Below are positions 9,601 to 22,176 of a DNA stretch of 39,760 bases, in pieces. The notes under the pieces were generated by a model, which was not told the DNA's origin, made no database searches, and saw only the letters and a list, made by a program, of their open reading frames with translations. How positions within the stretch are numbered: the first letter of the stretch is position 1; the number at the start of each line of letters is the position of its first letter. Made by a program: the position numbers and the translations under genes. The stretch is from Octopus bimaculoides. Its lineage: Eukaryota. The stretch lies in the NCBI RefSeq assembly GCF_001194135.2, contig NC_068989.1, positions 52,681,548-52,721,307 of the forward strand. The letters are read 5' to 3'.

Positions 9601-11496
9601 GGCATTTCAGAATGATCTGCATATTTGCATATCATCATTGTTACACTTAAACATCGAATATTCATCATATGTGTTNNNNNNNNNNNNNNNNNNNNNNNNN
9701 NNNNNNNNNNNNNNNNNNNNNNNNNNNNNNNNNNNNNNNNNNNNNNNNNNNNNNNNNNNNNNNNNNNNNNNNNNNNNNNNNNNNNNNNNNNNNNNNNNNN
9801 NNNNNNNNNNNNNNNNNNNNNNNNNNNNNNNNNNNNNNNNNNNNNNNNNNNNNNNNNNNNNNNNNNNNNNNNNNNNNNNNNNNNNNNNNNNNNNNNNNNN
9901 NNNNNNNNNNNNNNNNNNNNNNNNNNNNNNNNNNNNNNNNNNNNNNNNNNNNNNNNNNNNNNNNNNNNNNNNNNNNNNNNNNNNNNNNNNNNNNNNNNNN
10001 NNNNNNNNNNNNNNNNNNNNNNNNNNNNNNNNNNNNNNNNNNNNNNNNNNNNNNNNNNNNNNNNNNNNNNNNNNNNNNNNNNNNNNNNNNNNNNNNNNNN
10101 NNNNNNNNNNNNNNNNNNNNNNNNNNNNNNNNNNNNNNNNNNNNNNNNNNNNNNNNNNNNNNNNNNNNNNNNNNNNNNNNNNNNNNNNNNNNNNNNNNNN
10201 NNNNNNNNNNNNNNNNNNNNNNNNNNNNNNNNNNNNNNNNNNNNNNNNNNNNNNNNNNNNNNNNNNNNNNNNNNNNNNNNNNNNNNNNNNNNNNNNNNNN
10301 NNNNNNNNNNNNNNNNNNNNNNNNNNNNNNNNNNNNNNNNNNNNNNNNNNNNNNNNNNNNNNNNNNNNNNNNNNNNNNNNNNNNNNNNNNNNNNNNNNNN
10401 NNNNNNNNNNNNNNNNNNNNNNNNATATATATATATCAGTGTGCTTGGATGTTTGTCTATAAAACGAAGAATTACCAAATCAAAAACAACCTTAACATTA
10501 ACTTCAAAAGTGAACAAGAGTTAAAAAAGAAAGAAATAATGAGAAAATGTCAGCAAAGAAAAATATAACAGAACAACAAATGCAGCAACAATAGGAGTAT
10601 TTGAAATCCTTCCATCAAGATAAAAATAAAGTTCAAACAGAAAATTAGGTTAACTTAATGTTAGTATAACATTTTTTATATCATCCATCTGCATTGTTTT
10701 ATTCCAGTTTTTATTTACAGTTTTATTGATATTTTTCTTTTGTCTTGTTTTCTCACTTTTTACATTTATATAAGTTATACAGTTTGAGTTGTTCGTGATA
10801 AAGATGTTTTGATTAATTGATTTTTATTTTCGCTCAGTCCTTTTTAATAATCCACATTGTTTACCGACCTGCTTGAAAATCACATTTCCCATGAGAATGT
10901 TGTCAAATTTTCATTCTTAACAAATTTTAGTTTTCATTTCAAAAAGTGATACGAATTCATACTTTTTTTTAATTGAATGTTTATTTTTAAATTAATATTT
11001 TTGTTTCTGGGGTGTGTGTTTGCTTTTTATCATTTTTTGCTTTTTCTTTTCAGATATATTTTCTTTCTGTGTTTGCATATGTATGTGTGTATGCGTGTGT
11101 TTGCGTATGTATGAGTGTATTAGTATGTATGCATTCATGACTGACGCTATTAGAGTAATTTCTAAGGCGTAAGCAACTTATCACAGAAATAAACAAACTT
11201 AAAATAACTATAATGTTTTGAAAGTTTCAGTAATATCATTTGCATTGTTCTCCCCATCGATTTTACACGTTCCTTCTGAGAAGTTTATCTAAAATATTGA
11301 AGTTCAATGTAAACATTGGGAAACAAATACTTTAAAGTGTAAATCAAAGATATTACACGAAAGCCCAGAGGAATACAGATATACATACATATATGTGCGC
11401 ATACGTGTATGTGTGTGGCTATGCATATGAACTTAAGTACTACATTATTAGCCTATCTAAGCGAATTTATCAATATATATGTGCTTGTGTATGTAT

Positions 11497-11540
<44 letters not shown>

Positions 11541-11616
11541 GTGTACATGCATACATATATAAACACATGTATATATTCACATACATATATAGCTATGTGT
11601 ATATATTTATATATGC

Positions 11617-11672
<56 letters not shown>

Positions 11673-11802
11673 TTCATTATATTTATATGTGAAAGAAAGA
11701 AAGGAAGTGACAGCGAGACTGAAGAATAGAGTCAGGCAGAGAACAGATAGGGAAGATGAGTGACGACTGAATGAGAGAAAGTCAATAACAGTTACATGAT
11801 AA

Positions 11803-12204
11803 TGTGCTGCGCAAACAAACTATGTACTTGTGGTTCATGTCTTGCTTTGCGATAGTCTCTGCAACATGTTCTTCAGGAAGATACTTCCTAGCAACTCAGG
11901 CCTCCAGATAGCTGGAAGCATATACTGCAAGAATAGAATTTTCTTATTCTCGTCATCGGACAGGCCTGTGTATTATCTGTCTTGATCGAAAGTTACCCAT
12001 TTTCATAAAATGGGGGTGGGGGACATTGTGCTCCACAAAGAACACTCGCCAACATACGTTATAAACATTCCGACAGAGAAATATCTCGGTAGCCGTACGG
12101 ACTCCAAGAAATAACAACAATATCTCCTCTGCATGAAAGCTTACTTTCATGAGTTTAAGTAAAAGACAATTCATAATGCAATCTCAAAGGTACTCCGGAA
12201 ATGA
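11803..12204 (+). pseudogene. Possible decayed coding fragment, weak resemblance to a Poa1p/OARD1-like macro domain
   Basis: One frame runs about 133 codons with only 3 internal stops and includes DRPVYYL and GVGDIVLHKEHSPTYVINIPTEK...*QQYLLCMKAYFHEFK*KTI. Similarity judged by eye only. Confidence 0.3.
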
Positions 12205-12721
12205 AACGATTATCTTTGACAGAATAGATGAAAGTCTCTCCACTCAGAGTTGATTTGAGGCAAAACAAGTACAAGATGCAACTTCGCAAGCATTATATAA
12301 TCACGAATTATTTAGCAGTACCAGGGCAATAGGATTCAATAACAAGTAATATGTATGTGTAAGTGTATATATGTTTGTATATATACATATATTACACTGC
12401 CAAAGATCTCTAAAATCTCTCACACTCATACACACTTTATATAAATATCAAGTTAACTAAATCTTCACGTTTTGGCCATTGACTTTTTCGACCAGTTTCG
12501 CCGAGTTACCAAATGAGAGGATGAACAATGTAATAGAAATGCATCTTCAGGTAATAAATTTTCTTTTGGAAATAGGACAAATTCATAAATGTTCTCGGCT
12601 GTATTTGAGTTCATATATATTGTGTATGATTTATACTTCATGATATAACTCTCTCCTTTTTATTATTTTTTTTCGCAATTATATATGTTTATATATTTAT
12701 GTATATAAGTAAAATATTTGA

Positions 12722-14890
12722 TATACCTAATTTCCAAAGACGTGACATGCTTTGAGTGCCTGTGACTAGAGCTTCAGTCACTAGAACCTCTGAACGGTTT
12801 AATGTTACCTGAGGAGTAACTAAAATCATGTTGGCCTTCTAAAATCAGAGTAAGATAAGCTCTGGTTTGCATAATTCTGAACGGAAAGCAAGTCTCACAG
12901 AGAAGGACTGCACAATAATGAAATATATTATGTCTAAAACCATCGAACAACATCGGTGTTGGGTCATCCAGTAAATAATGCAGTTTTTCAATTGCATAAA
13001 CTAAAATTCGGAATAAACTACCTGCATCAACTTGTTATAAAAGCAGGTGCTAATTTTACCTTGTCCTTATTCTTAGTGCAAGTTTTGAAGAGTGCAGTTT
13101 GATTTTAACAATTATTTTTCAAAGCGATAATGAAAGAGAAAAAGGAGCATATTTGACATATTTTGCTTTGAGAGTTCAATAAAGGCAACAATGCAACGGA
13201 AAATGCGAGGAATATTAATGCAGTGTATGGGGATTGGACAATAAGCGTAAGCCAGTGTCAACGGTAGTTCCAGAAAAATCCGAGCCAGAAAATACACCCA
13301 GAAGACGAGCCTCGTCCTGGAAGATCTGTAGAGCTCGACGAGGACGTCCTGCAAACTCTGGTGGAACAAAATCCCATCGTAACTGTTGAAGAACTAGCAG
13401 AAAAGCTTGGATTTGATCATTCAAGCATTCATCAACACCTGCGTGCTTAGTCAATGCGTTCCTCACAAGTTTCTGAGTTTATTCACGTTGAGAGAGTGAA
13501 TGTGTGCTTTCTTTTCTGTCATGTATCATGAATGAACCTCTTTTGAACTGGATAGTGACTGGTGACGAGAAATGGGTTCTCTATAAAAATGACAAGCGCC
13601 GAAGACAGTGGGTAGGGAAAGGAGAAACATCGGCAACCCAGGTTAAAGAAGGTCTTCATCAACGTCAGGTGATGCTATCTGTTTGGTGGGATATGAAAGG
13701 TTTAGCTCACTTTGAATTTTTAGACCCAAACCAAGCGATAAGGAGATCCACTGTGAACAGCTTGAGCGGCTTAAATCAGCGCTAGAAGGAAAACGACCAT
13801 CTTTGATTTCAAGACGAAAGGTGTTCTTCCGTCAGCATAATGTTCGGGTACATAGAGTGAGGATGACATTCCAGAGGTCGGAGCAGTTTGACTGGGAAAC
13901 AATTCCCCACACACCATATTCACTGGACATTGCCCCATCTGATTATCATTTACTCCGCAGTCTTCAAAATCATTTGGATGGAAAAAGTATGAATTTTGTA
14001 GATGAGGTTAGAACAGTACTGGAGGAGTATTTTTCATCACGGGCAAGTGACCTTTGGAAGTGGCGGCTTTGCAAATCTTCCAGATTGATGGAAGAACATT
14101 GTAGAAAATGAAAGAGTATATTTTAGATTAAGAAAGAACTTTGTTTATCTTAATTTTGTAAAATAAAAGAAGTATAAGAAACTTCATTATATATGGGATG
14201 ACCCAATAAAACCTAAGCTAAACTATCCCCTTGCCAATTCCGAATCAATTAAACTGCTCGTAGTTAACTTCATAAAGCTGGATACAAAGGGAGAGCTGCA
14301 ACTGCTAAAGATTTCATGTCTCCGATTAATACTGATAAGCTGGAAAAAATAATGTATAGACTACTAAAAGTTGTCAACAGTCAATGAAGCAATGTCACCT
14401 CTGATGAATCGTTATTCACTCTTGTAACTTTGGAGAGAGACCAAAATGCCTTCAGTCATGACTGTTTGACCCTATTGTAAATAATGGACGTGTCTCTAAT
14501 GATTTGTGAATATATATCACAGAATTTTCGTTACCTTTTGTTTGTTCGCTATGGTTAAGTTAACGCCATAGGTTATGTGCGCATATTGATTGATCATATG
14601 GTACAAACATTGCACGTTGAAGGTTGCAGAACAATCCAGAGGGATAATGCACCGATTTACACGTCGAATGTTTTTCACAATTGGGACAAAGAGCACAAAA
14701 GGGAAGTAGGTCACTTGGATTAACCTCCGCAATCACCGATTTTCAATGTAATAGAATGTGTTGTTTGTATTTTGGAGCAACAAGTGAAATGACACCATCG
14801 TCACTCAAATTTAAAAGGCAGATTTTACTTAGAGAATGGCTTAAAATGGCTCTAAAAATCTTCAGCTGCATTGGGATACAGAAATTTTAA
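12722..14890 (+). mobile_element. Decayed Tc1-like transposase with DD36E spacing, interrupted by a nested mariner
   Basis: Left part: NFQRR...ASVTRTSERFNVT*GVTKIMLAF*NQSKISSGLHNSERKASLTEKD...SKNHRTTS. Right part: LHKAGYKGRAATAK...NVTSDESLFTL...QRDNAPIYTSNVFHNWDKEHKREVGHLD*PPQSPIFNVIEC...PSSLK...LLREWLK. The second D (14643) and the E (14754) are separated by 36 codons in one frame. TIRs are only doubtfully visible (about 12517-12545 and 14915-14940). Confidence 0.85.
12959..14206 (+). mobile_element. Near full-length DD34D mariner transposon (pseudogenised)
   Basis: TIRs TTGGGTCATCCAGTAAATAATGCAGTTT (12959) and AAACTTCATTATATATGGGATGACCCAA (ends 14206); flanks are TG (12957-8) and TA (14207-8). 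ATG at 13130: MKEKKEHI*HILL*EFNKGNNATE...EDEPRPGRSVELDEDVLQTLVEQNP...WIVTGDEKWV...VMLSVWWDMKG...QHNVRVH...PYSLDIAPSDYHL. There are 34 residues between the second D position (mutated to H) and the third D. Confidence 0.95.
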
Positions 14891-16544
14891 TGAAATTTCA
14901 TTTAAGCAGAATAAACATATTACTGTTGTGACAACATTTAAACAATCTAAGTGGGAAAGAAGAATACGAAAAAACTATCTTGACATGGCCAAAGCTAGCA
15001 GGCTAGTAATTAATTCTAGGCAGAATTTTAACTCTCCCTGATTTTATTTGTCTTTTATATAGTGATTTAAAGCTTAAGGGGGCAACCAGCCTTTCTCTTG
15101 TAAGGAAAGGGAAGGGGTAAACATTATACATGGATATGGTTATAAGGATTCCTTTGGTCATAGTGACAACACAATTTTAGGTTGGGTTTTTTTACTACAA
15201 CCAGACCAATTCATAATGTAGTAGGGGAAATTTAACATTAGGCATCTAGGTCATCAGGGCTTCTTTTTGAATATTGTTAATACTCGCTGTGTAGAAAGAC
15301 CTTGTTATTATAGGAAATAATTCTCCCTTATTCCTGACATTTTAGATAAGAAAATACCGTAGATCTACATGCATGAATGCAAGCATATTTGTGTATTTGT
15401 TTCTTTGTCATATGTGTACGTATATAGATAGATTATAGTAAACCCGAGCGACAAAAACGACCGGTATCGAGAATGCTTATCAAGTCTTGCCAGTACTATG
15501 AACAGACATAGTCAACGAATAATAATAATAACATATAAGTTATATAATTGAAGTTCATTTTGGGATTGTGCGATCTGCAGGAATGATGATCAACCCTGTA
15601 AACATTATTTGCAGTAAAACAGGAGTTATTTACAACAGCTGAGAAATATAGGCTAGCGTTCATATAAATGAAGATATGTCTCATCAGGGGATTATTCTCT
15701 TTTCAACACCGAACTCCATTCACACATACTAACACACACAAACAAACACATATAAGTACGTCTGTACATATGTACGTGCATATACAATTAAATTTGGTAT
15801 ATAGATGGAGATATCTATGCATATATGTGCGCGCGTATCCTACATGTGTGTGTATGTCTGCCCGTTGGAATATATATATATATATATATNNNNNNNNNNN
15901 NNNNNNNNNNNNNNNNNNNNNNNNNNNNNNNNNNNNNNNNNNNNNNNNNNNNNNNNNNNNNNNNNNNNNNNNNNNNNNNNNNNNNNNNNNNNNNNNNNNN
16001 NNNNNNNNNNNNNNNNNNNNNNNNNNNNNNNNNNNNNNNNNNNNNNNNNNNNNNNNNNNNNNNNNNNNNNNNNNNNNNNNNNNNNNNNNNNNNNNNNNNN
16101 NNNNNNNNNNNNNNNNNNNNNNNNNNNNNNNNNNNNNNNNNNNNNNNNNNNNNNNNNNNNNNNNNNNNNNNNNNNNNNNNNNNNNNNNNNNNNNNNNNNN
16201 NNNNNNNNNNNNNNNNNNNNNNNNNNNNNNNNNNNNNNNNNNNNNNNNNNNNNNNNNNNNNNNNNNNNNNNNNNNNNNNNNNNNNNNNNNNNNNNNNNNN
16301 NNNNNNNNNNNNNNNNNNNNNNNNNNNNNNNNNNNNNNNNNNNNNNNNNNNNNNNNNNNNNNNNNNNNNNNNNNNNNNNNNNNNNNNNNNNNNNNNNNNN
16401 NNNNNNNNNNNNNNNNNNNNNNNNNNNNNNNNNNNNNNNNNNNNNNNNNNNNNNNNNNNNNNNNNNNNNNNNNNNNNNNNNNNNNNNNNNNNNNNNNNNN
16501 NNNNNNNNNNNNNNNNNNNNNNNNNNNNNNNNNNNNNNNNNNNN

Positions 16545-16580
<36 letters not shown>

Positions 16581-16889
16581 TGTAAGTATATATATGCGTG
16601 TGTGTGTGTAGGCATGTAAGTATATAAATATATATATATATATGTATGTATGTATGTGTGTATGTTTTGAGAGATAGATAGGCACATACATACATATAGT
16701 TATAAATATATAGATATCGATATCGATATAAATATAGATATATTCATATAAATAGTAATATGTGTACATATGTATATATATGTGTGTTTGTGTGTGTGTG
16801 CATGTGTGTGTAGCTTANNNNNNNNNNNNNNNNNNNNNNNNNNNNNNNNNNNNNNNNNNNNNNNNNNNNNNNNNNNNNNNNNNNNNNNN

Positions 16890-16949
<60 letters not shown>

Positions 16950-18317
16950 ATATCGACCACCAACATTTCCAAGATTAGTCTTCTGACAATTCATTTTAGC
17001 AAGAAACTTAAAGTAATGTGTCTGTAAAACTTTAAATTTCCAATAAATCAATCAATATGCTCACCGACATTTAGTGTTGTCTGTAATCGTAGAAGGTTCC
17101 CTATTATATTTATCCTCTGTCTCTATTTCTATGTCCGCACATGTGTGTGCGTATGTGTGTCTGTGTATGTGTGTCTGTGTATGTTTAGGCGTCTTGTGTA
17201 CGTATTTCGTGTGAGAGCATGTGTGTGTGTGTGTGTGTTTTTGTCTGTTAGCGCATTACTTTCTAAACTTTCACAATAACCGGTGTTTTACATGCTCAAC
17301 GTGTATGATTTAATATCATTATTGTAAAAATGAGGTGATATCAATAAGATTATATTCTCAACTTCTTTGAAATGTGATCTACTAGATAATTGTGTTTTGA
17401 GATCAGATTTTTCTGCCCAATAAATTTATGAGCTCGAATAAATTTAGTGAAGATAATATTGCCAGCAACAACCAGAGAAAATAAATGATGACGGATAAAC
17501 ACATGAGAGCATTGATTCTTGTCTACTAAGTTAGATAATTTCTTTTACCACAAGCAACATACGAATATAGTTTTCAAATTTTATTTTTCAGTTGTATGCG
17601 CGTGGAATTATAAAAGCTTATGGTGTTTTAGACTGTCAGCGTAAAATAGGAATATAAGTAATCAACTAATACGGAGGCCATTTTGAAGTCTAGTGAATCT
17701 AAATGCACATATTTTATTCTAGATAATATTGTATGGCTGCTGTATTGAATGGTAATGTATAGTTTGTCGGAGATTAATTTGTAAGTAGGTACGCATAGAA
17801 TTAAAGGATGCCGAAAGGCAATTAGGCTTTTACGAAATTTTATATAATAATAGAGGTATATATCAACTCTGTATCATTTATTCGATGTCTTCAAGTCATC
17901 TTGGTGATCATTGTCGTCAACATTGTCAATGAAGAAATTGTAATTGCCCAAAACACTGTTATTATCGTTGTATTACTCTTATTTTTATTTGGTGGGTTTC
18001 ATGGCCTAACGAATGCAAAGACAGTATTTAAAGCAATAGGTGACACTGTCTGACTTTATAAAATGAAAAATATAAAATAAATTCATTTTACCTAAAGTTT
18101 TAGTCTTATAATGGCATTAACCATTGGTGTCAATGTTGGACATTCTTTCAAGATGTTTTCTTTAAAATGATATTAGATCATCTTTACTGTGCGTATAGAT
18201 TGTGTGGTTATATACTCAACAATTCTGGAAGCTGCAAACAAATTAAGTGTTTAACATTCTTACTTAAACGTCGCTGGTTACAAATTTTCAACGAACCAGT
18301 TTTCAGCAGTTTTCATC

Positions 18318-18380
18318 AAGGCGGTGCTCCAACATGGCTGCAGTCAAACGACTGAAACATGTAGAAAAATAAAAGAATAC
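18318..18380 (+). mobile_element. SINE family A 3' tail fragment
   Basis: GCGGTGCTCCAACATGGCTGCAGTCAAACGACTGAAACA matches 1690-1730. Confidence 0.75.
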
Positions 18381-18704
18381 AAAGTATTGGGTCCTTCTTT
18401 CTGTAATAGATTGCTATGAATTTTATCTAGCGTAAATCGGATGAGTGTGGTCTTTATACATAGAAATTAATTACTATTCGTTTAAGAACTTACTGCATTG
18501 TACACTTAGAAGTAGAAAGGCGGTGTCGATTTATATTTTTTTAGGGACCTTCAAACAAGTGAGGGATGTTAGAAATGTAACGTCGCGTGGATTTATTTTT
18601 AGGGCTTGCAGCAAAGTGGACTTAACTAAAGGAACACGAGGACCAGATTGTGTTTTAAATTGGAGACGTTTATGGATGATCCCAAAGAGCAGATACAGTC
18701 TATT

Positions 18705-18862
18705 GAACAGGCTTCTAACCAGTTTCTTTATACCCAATTTCCGATGCAAGGCTTGCGTTGATCCTAAGACATTGCAGAAGATACTTGTTCAATATTCTGC
18801 ATTGTAGTATCGAACCTGAACGACCAATAGTTGCGACGCTAGTGTCTTTACCACACGACCAA
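18705..18862 (-). mobile_element. SINE family A head (degenerate)
   Basis: Reverse complement reads TGGTCGTGTGGTAAAGAC...CAGGTTCGATAC (B-box-like)...AAGTATCTTCTGC...AAGCCTTG...GAAACTGGTTAGAAGCCTG, colinear with the other family A heads. Confidence 0.7.
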
Positions 18863-19119
18863 ATCTGTAAAGACAGTAGGAAGCTAGTATTTGTGTTGCT
18901 GTTCATAATAAAGAATGTTTCATCTTTATAGTGGCTTTATTTACTTCGTCAGAAGAGGAAGTGCAGCGTTCAAGCGTATTTTCTGGTGGGAGTAATGGAG
19001 GAAGTTACTGTTAGGCCAAATAATTGTTACAAATGCCATCAAGAAGTTGGGATCCGTAAAAAGGACAAAGAGACTAAGTAACAGAGCCAAAGTTACTGAC
19101 GGATTATGCCTGCATTCTC

Positions 19120-19280
19120 TAATGAGCTTTGACATAGATCTCACCAAACCAATTTTACTCACATAGCTTTAGCCGACCCGTGCTTAGCTAAATGACGTTT
19201 GACGTTTGTGCCACGCAAAGGAATCAAACTTGAAACCTCGTTGTAATGAAGCAAACTTCATAACCACATAGCCATGCCTG
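19120..19280 (-). mobile_element. SINE family A head (degenerate)
   Basis: Reverse complement reads CAGGCATGGCTATGTGGTTATGAAGTTTGCTTC...TGCGTGGCAC...GGGTCGGCTAAAGCTATGTGAGT. Confidence 0.7.
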
Positions 19281-20114
19281 AAATACAGTAGATACAGTAG
19301 AAAGCTGGCTGTTATTTATAACCCTGTCTATGTCAATACTTCATTATCTTGTATACATATGAATATGAAGAAAAAGATTTCATCTCTGAAGATGAGGTTA
19401 ATAGTCCGAAAAATTATAATCGTATTAACAATAACTCATCTCACACATTTAGACATTTATTCATTATATTGATTTAAAATCCCATAGAGATCTATTTTGA
19501 CGAGGTCAATGATATATAAGTATATGTAAGACTCCAGACACGATCGTATTGTCTCCATTTCCTAAACTTTTAAAATCTCTGTTGCAACTAGAGTATTAAA
19601 CAGAAATATAGATTTCCATAATATTGCTGCTGCTGATGTTGTTACGTCCCATGTAAGCTATAATTAGGCAAACGTATGATCGAAGGTGTTCCATCTTTGC
19701 TCACCCAGTCTTTTCCTTCAGGTATAATGTACAAAAATATTATCCAGTATGCAACAAAGTGTACTCTGTGACTAGAGGCTGATTTCGATGCTTCTTCTAG
19801 CATGTACGATAGTCACATTAAGGATCACATGTTGGTTTGCAACAATTTTCCTAATGATTTTGTGAATAAATACTGTAACAATAGAGTTGTGTTTGATGTG
19901 GATTTGCAGATTCGAGGCATTGGGTAACTATAATGGTTAGGTTTATAGTAAGAGTATGAAATGTGATTTATTTTTACGGTCAACAAACAGGGTATATAAT
20001 ATATACATACATGCATGCATGCCTGCATACATACATATATACAAAAATGTATACATAATATATATATGTATGTGTGTGCGTGTACGTGTGTATGTATATG
20101 CATGTATATGTTTG

Positions 20115-20154
<40 letters not shown>

Positions 20155-20350
20155 NNNNNNNNNNNNNNNNNNNNNNNNNNNNNNNNNNNNNNNNNNNNNN
20201 NNNNNNNNNNNNNNNNNNNNNNNNNNNNNNNNNNNNNNNNNNNNNNNNNNNNNNNNNNNNNNNNNNNNNNNNNNNNNNNNNNNNNNNNNNNNNNNNNNNN
20301 NNNNNNNNNNNNNNNNNNNNNNNNNNNNNNNNNNNNNNNNNNNNNNNNNN

Positions 20351-20387
<37 letters not shown>

Positions 20388-21463
20388 CATTTATATATAT
20401 TTGCATGTGTGTACGTGTCTCTATGTATCCCTGTCTTTCCTTTTACTAAAAGTTTTTCAACGCCCTCTTCCTATGTTTCAGCCTCATTTTCAATCTACAT
20501 ACATGTAATATCAGGCCAGGGCATTTTAATTCCGTCCACTAACTTCACACGGGTGACTACACACCATAGCACCCTTCAACACTAAGCGAAAGCTTACTTA
20601 AAGACATTTCAAAGCCTATCGTTTTTGTTGATCTTGACGCTATTATTATTGATATTCTGAATTTCCCAAACAGTACACATTTATTTTGTCTAAATTAATA
20701 TTTAAATAGGAACTAATGACTACAAACACTGTTCGGATGCTTCCGTCACTTTCTTTTGCACTCTTTGTGCACAGTAACCATTATAATTTTGTTTACCCTT
20801 CCCAGTGTGTGGTTTCAATCACTTTGAGAAACTCTGTTGTGTTTCTTTATTCATTAGTCTGGGAGTGTTTCGAAGGAAACTGTGGGAATATGGTATAGCA
20901 TATGACTGGAGGACGACAGAGTTCACAGAGGTTTTCTAAACTGTAAATATACAGAGGCTGATACTGATATCATTTCAGAAAGAACACGGCTGAAATACCA
21001 GGGGAAAGGGTGGAACCATCGCTTCTCTCATTTGCTGTGGCCAAAGTGTACTTTGTGAGATGGATCTCGCCGTTGGATTGTTGGGTTCATATTTGGTTAT
21101 AAATGTATATTCAGGCAATTTTGGTAGGGAAAATATAATTTGTTCAAACAAATAATTATCCAAAAGTTATTTCGCTAAACATTCATAAGAAAGTTTTGGT
21201 ATATCCAGGCATGTTCTGAAATATAAATATCCTTAGTAGGTTTAAATTTCATCTTTTTTAAATGTTGACACCCAGGAGAGTTGTTTCCCTTGCTCCATGT
21301 ATGGCATTACCCTAACACCTTAGTTGCACTGGATAACAAAAGTATGTTTCGCCTCATGTTACTCGATGTAGTAATTATGTTTTTTTAATGAAAATACTGA
21401 CACACCGATGATTCAGAAATATTTTTGGCATGAAGGAATAATTTCAACAACCTTGGTTCCAGA

Positions 21464-21536
21464 AGATTTATTAGTTTCTTATTTCTTCATTGCCCACAAG
21501 GGGCTAAACATAGAGGGGAGAGATTTATTAGTTTCT
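21464..21536 (-). mobile_element. 41-bp retroelement 3'-end insertion flanked by a perfect 16-bp target-site duplication
   Basis: AGATTTATTAGTTTCT at 21464-21479 and 21521-21536. The insert reads CCCCTCTATGTTTAGCCCCTTGTGGGCAATGAAGAAATA on the minus strand, ending A-rich like a SINE/LINE tail. Confidence 0.75.
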
Positions 21537-22176
21537 ATACGGTCCTTATCATTGTAATTAAGCCTGGGGAAAACCTAAATGTCACAACACATCAGCAAAT
21601 AGACTGGGCTCCATTTATCTATATATATCACAGACCAGCTATTTGCATAAATGTCAGAGACCAGTGATTCACTTCGTTTCGAGATGATCCAAGTACAAGG
21701 TGTTGATAAGCCACCATAATGACGAAATATCGGTATCTATGATTCCTCTTGTATAATGCATTTTTCAGTCAATGCAAGATGAAATACGACAAAATTGTTT
21801 CCACAAAATATCCTTGCACACTGCAGGAGTGTCCATATGGTACGTACATATGTAAAGGCACATATGTTGATATTACCATGGGTGAAAACCAATGCACTAT
21901 AACCGAAATATATTGATATATAGGTATAACTTAATTATCTCCCTTATCTCAAACGTATTCTCAACTTTACATATCAAACGGGAACAGTGAAATAATTATC
22001 TGTCAAAGCAGCTCGTTCTATCTAATCTTCTAATACCTTCTGGAAGGTAACAACCCAGCTGATTGCAATAGAGAAACAAAAACATAAAAGAATAAGAGTA
22101 AAGAATGAAGCATAAATCGTCTGGCAATAAATCATTTATCAACACATTCCTTCCACTGACCGGCACACGTACTCTC

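Noticed and set aside
18445-18807. 120-aa ORF with a VDLTK string resembling an RT motif
   Set aside because: No other RT motifs follow, and its 3' third is an antisense SINE copy (18705-18862).
21641-21648. Octamer motif ATTTGCAT (also near 9629) as an snRNA or histone promoter element
   Set aside because: No adjacent snRNA or histone sequence; an AT-rich 8-mer is expected about this often.
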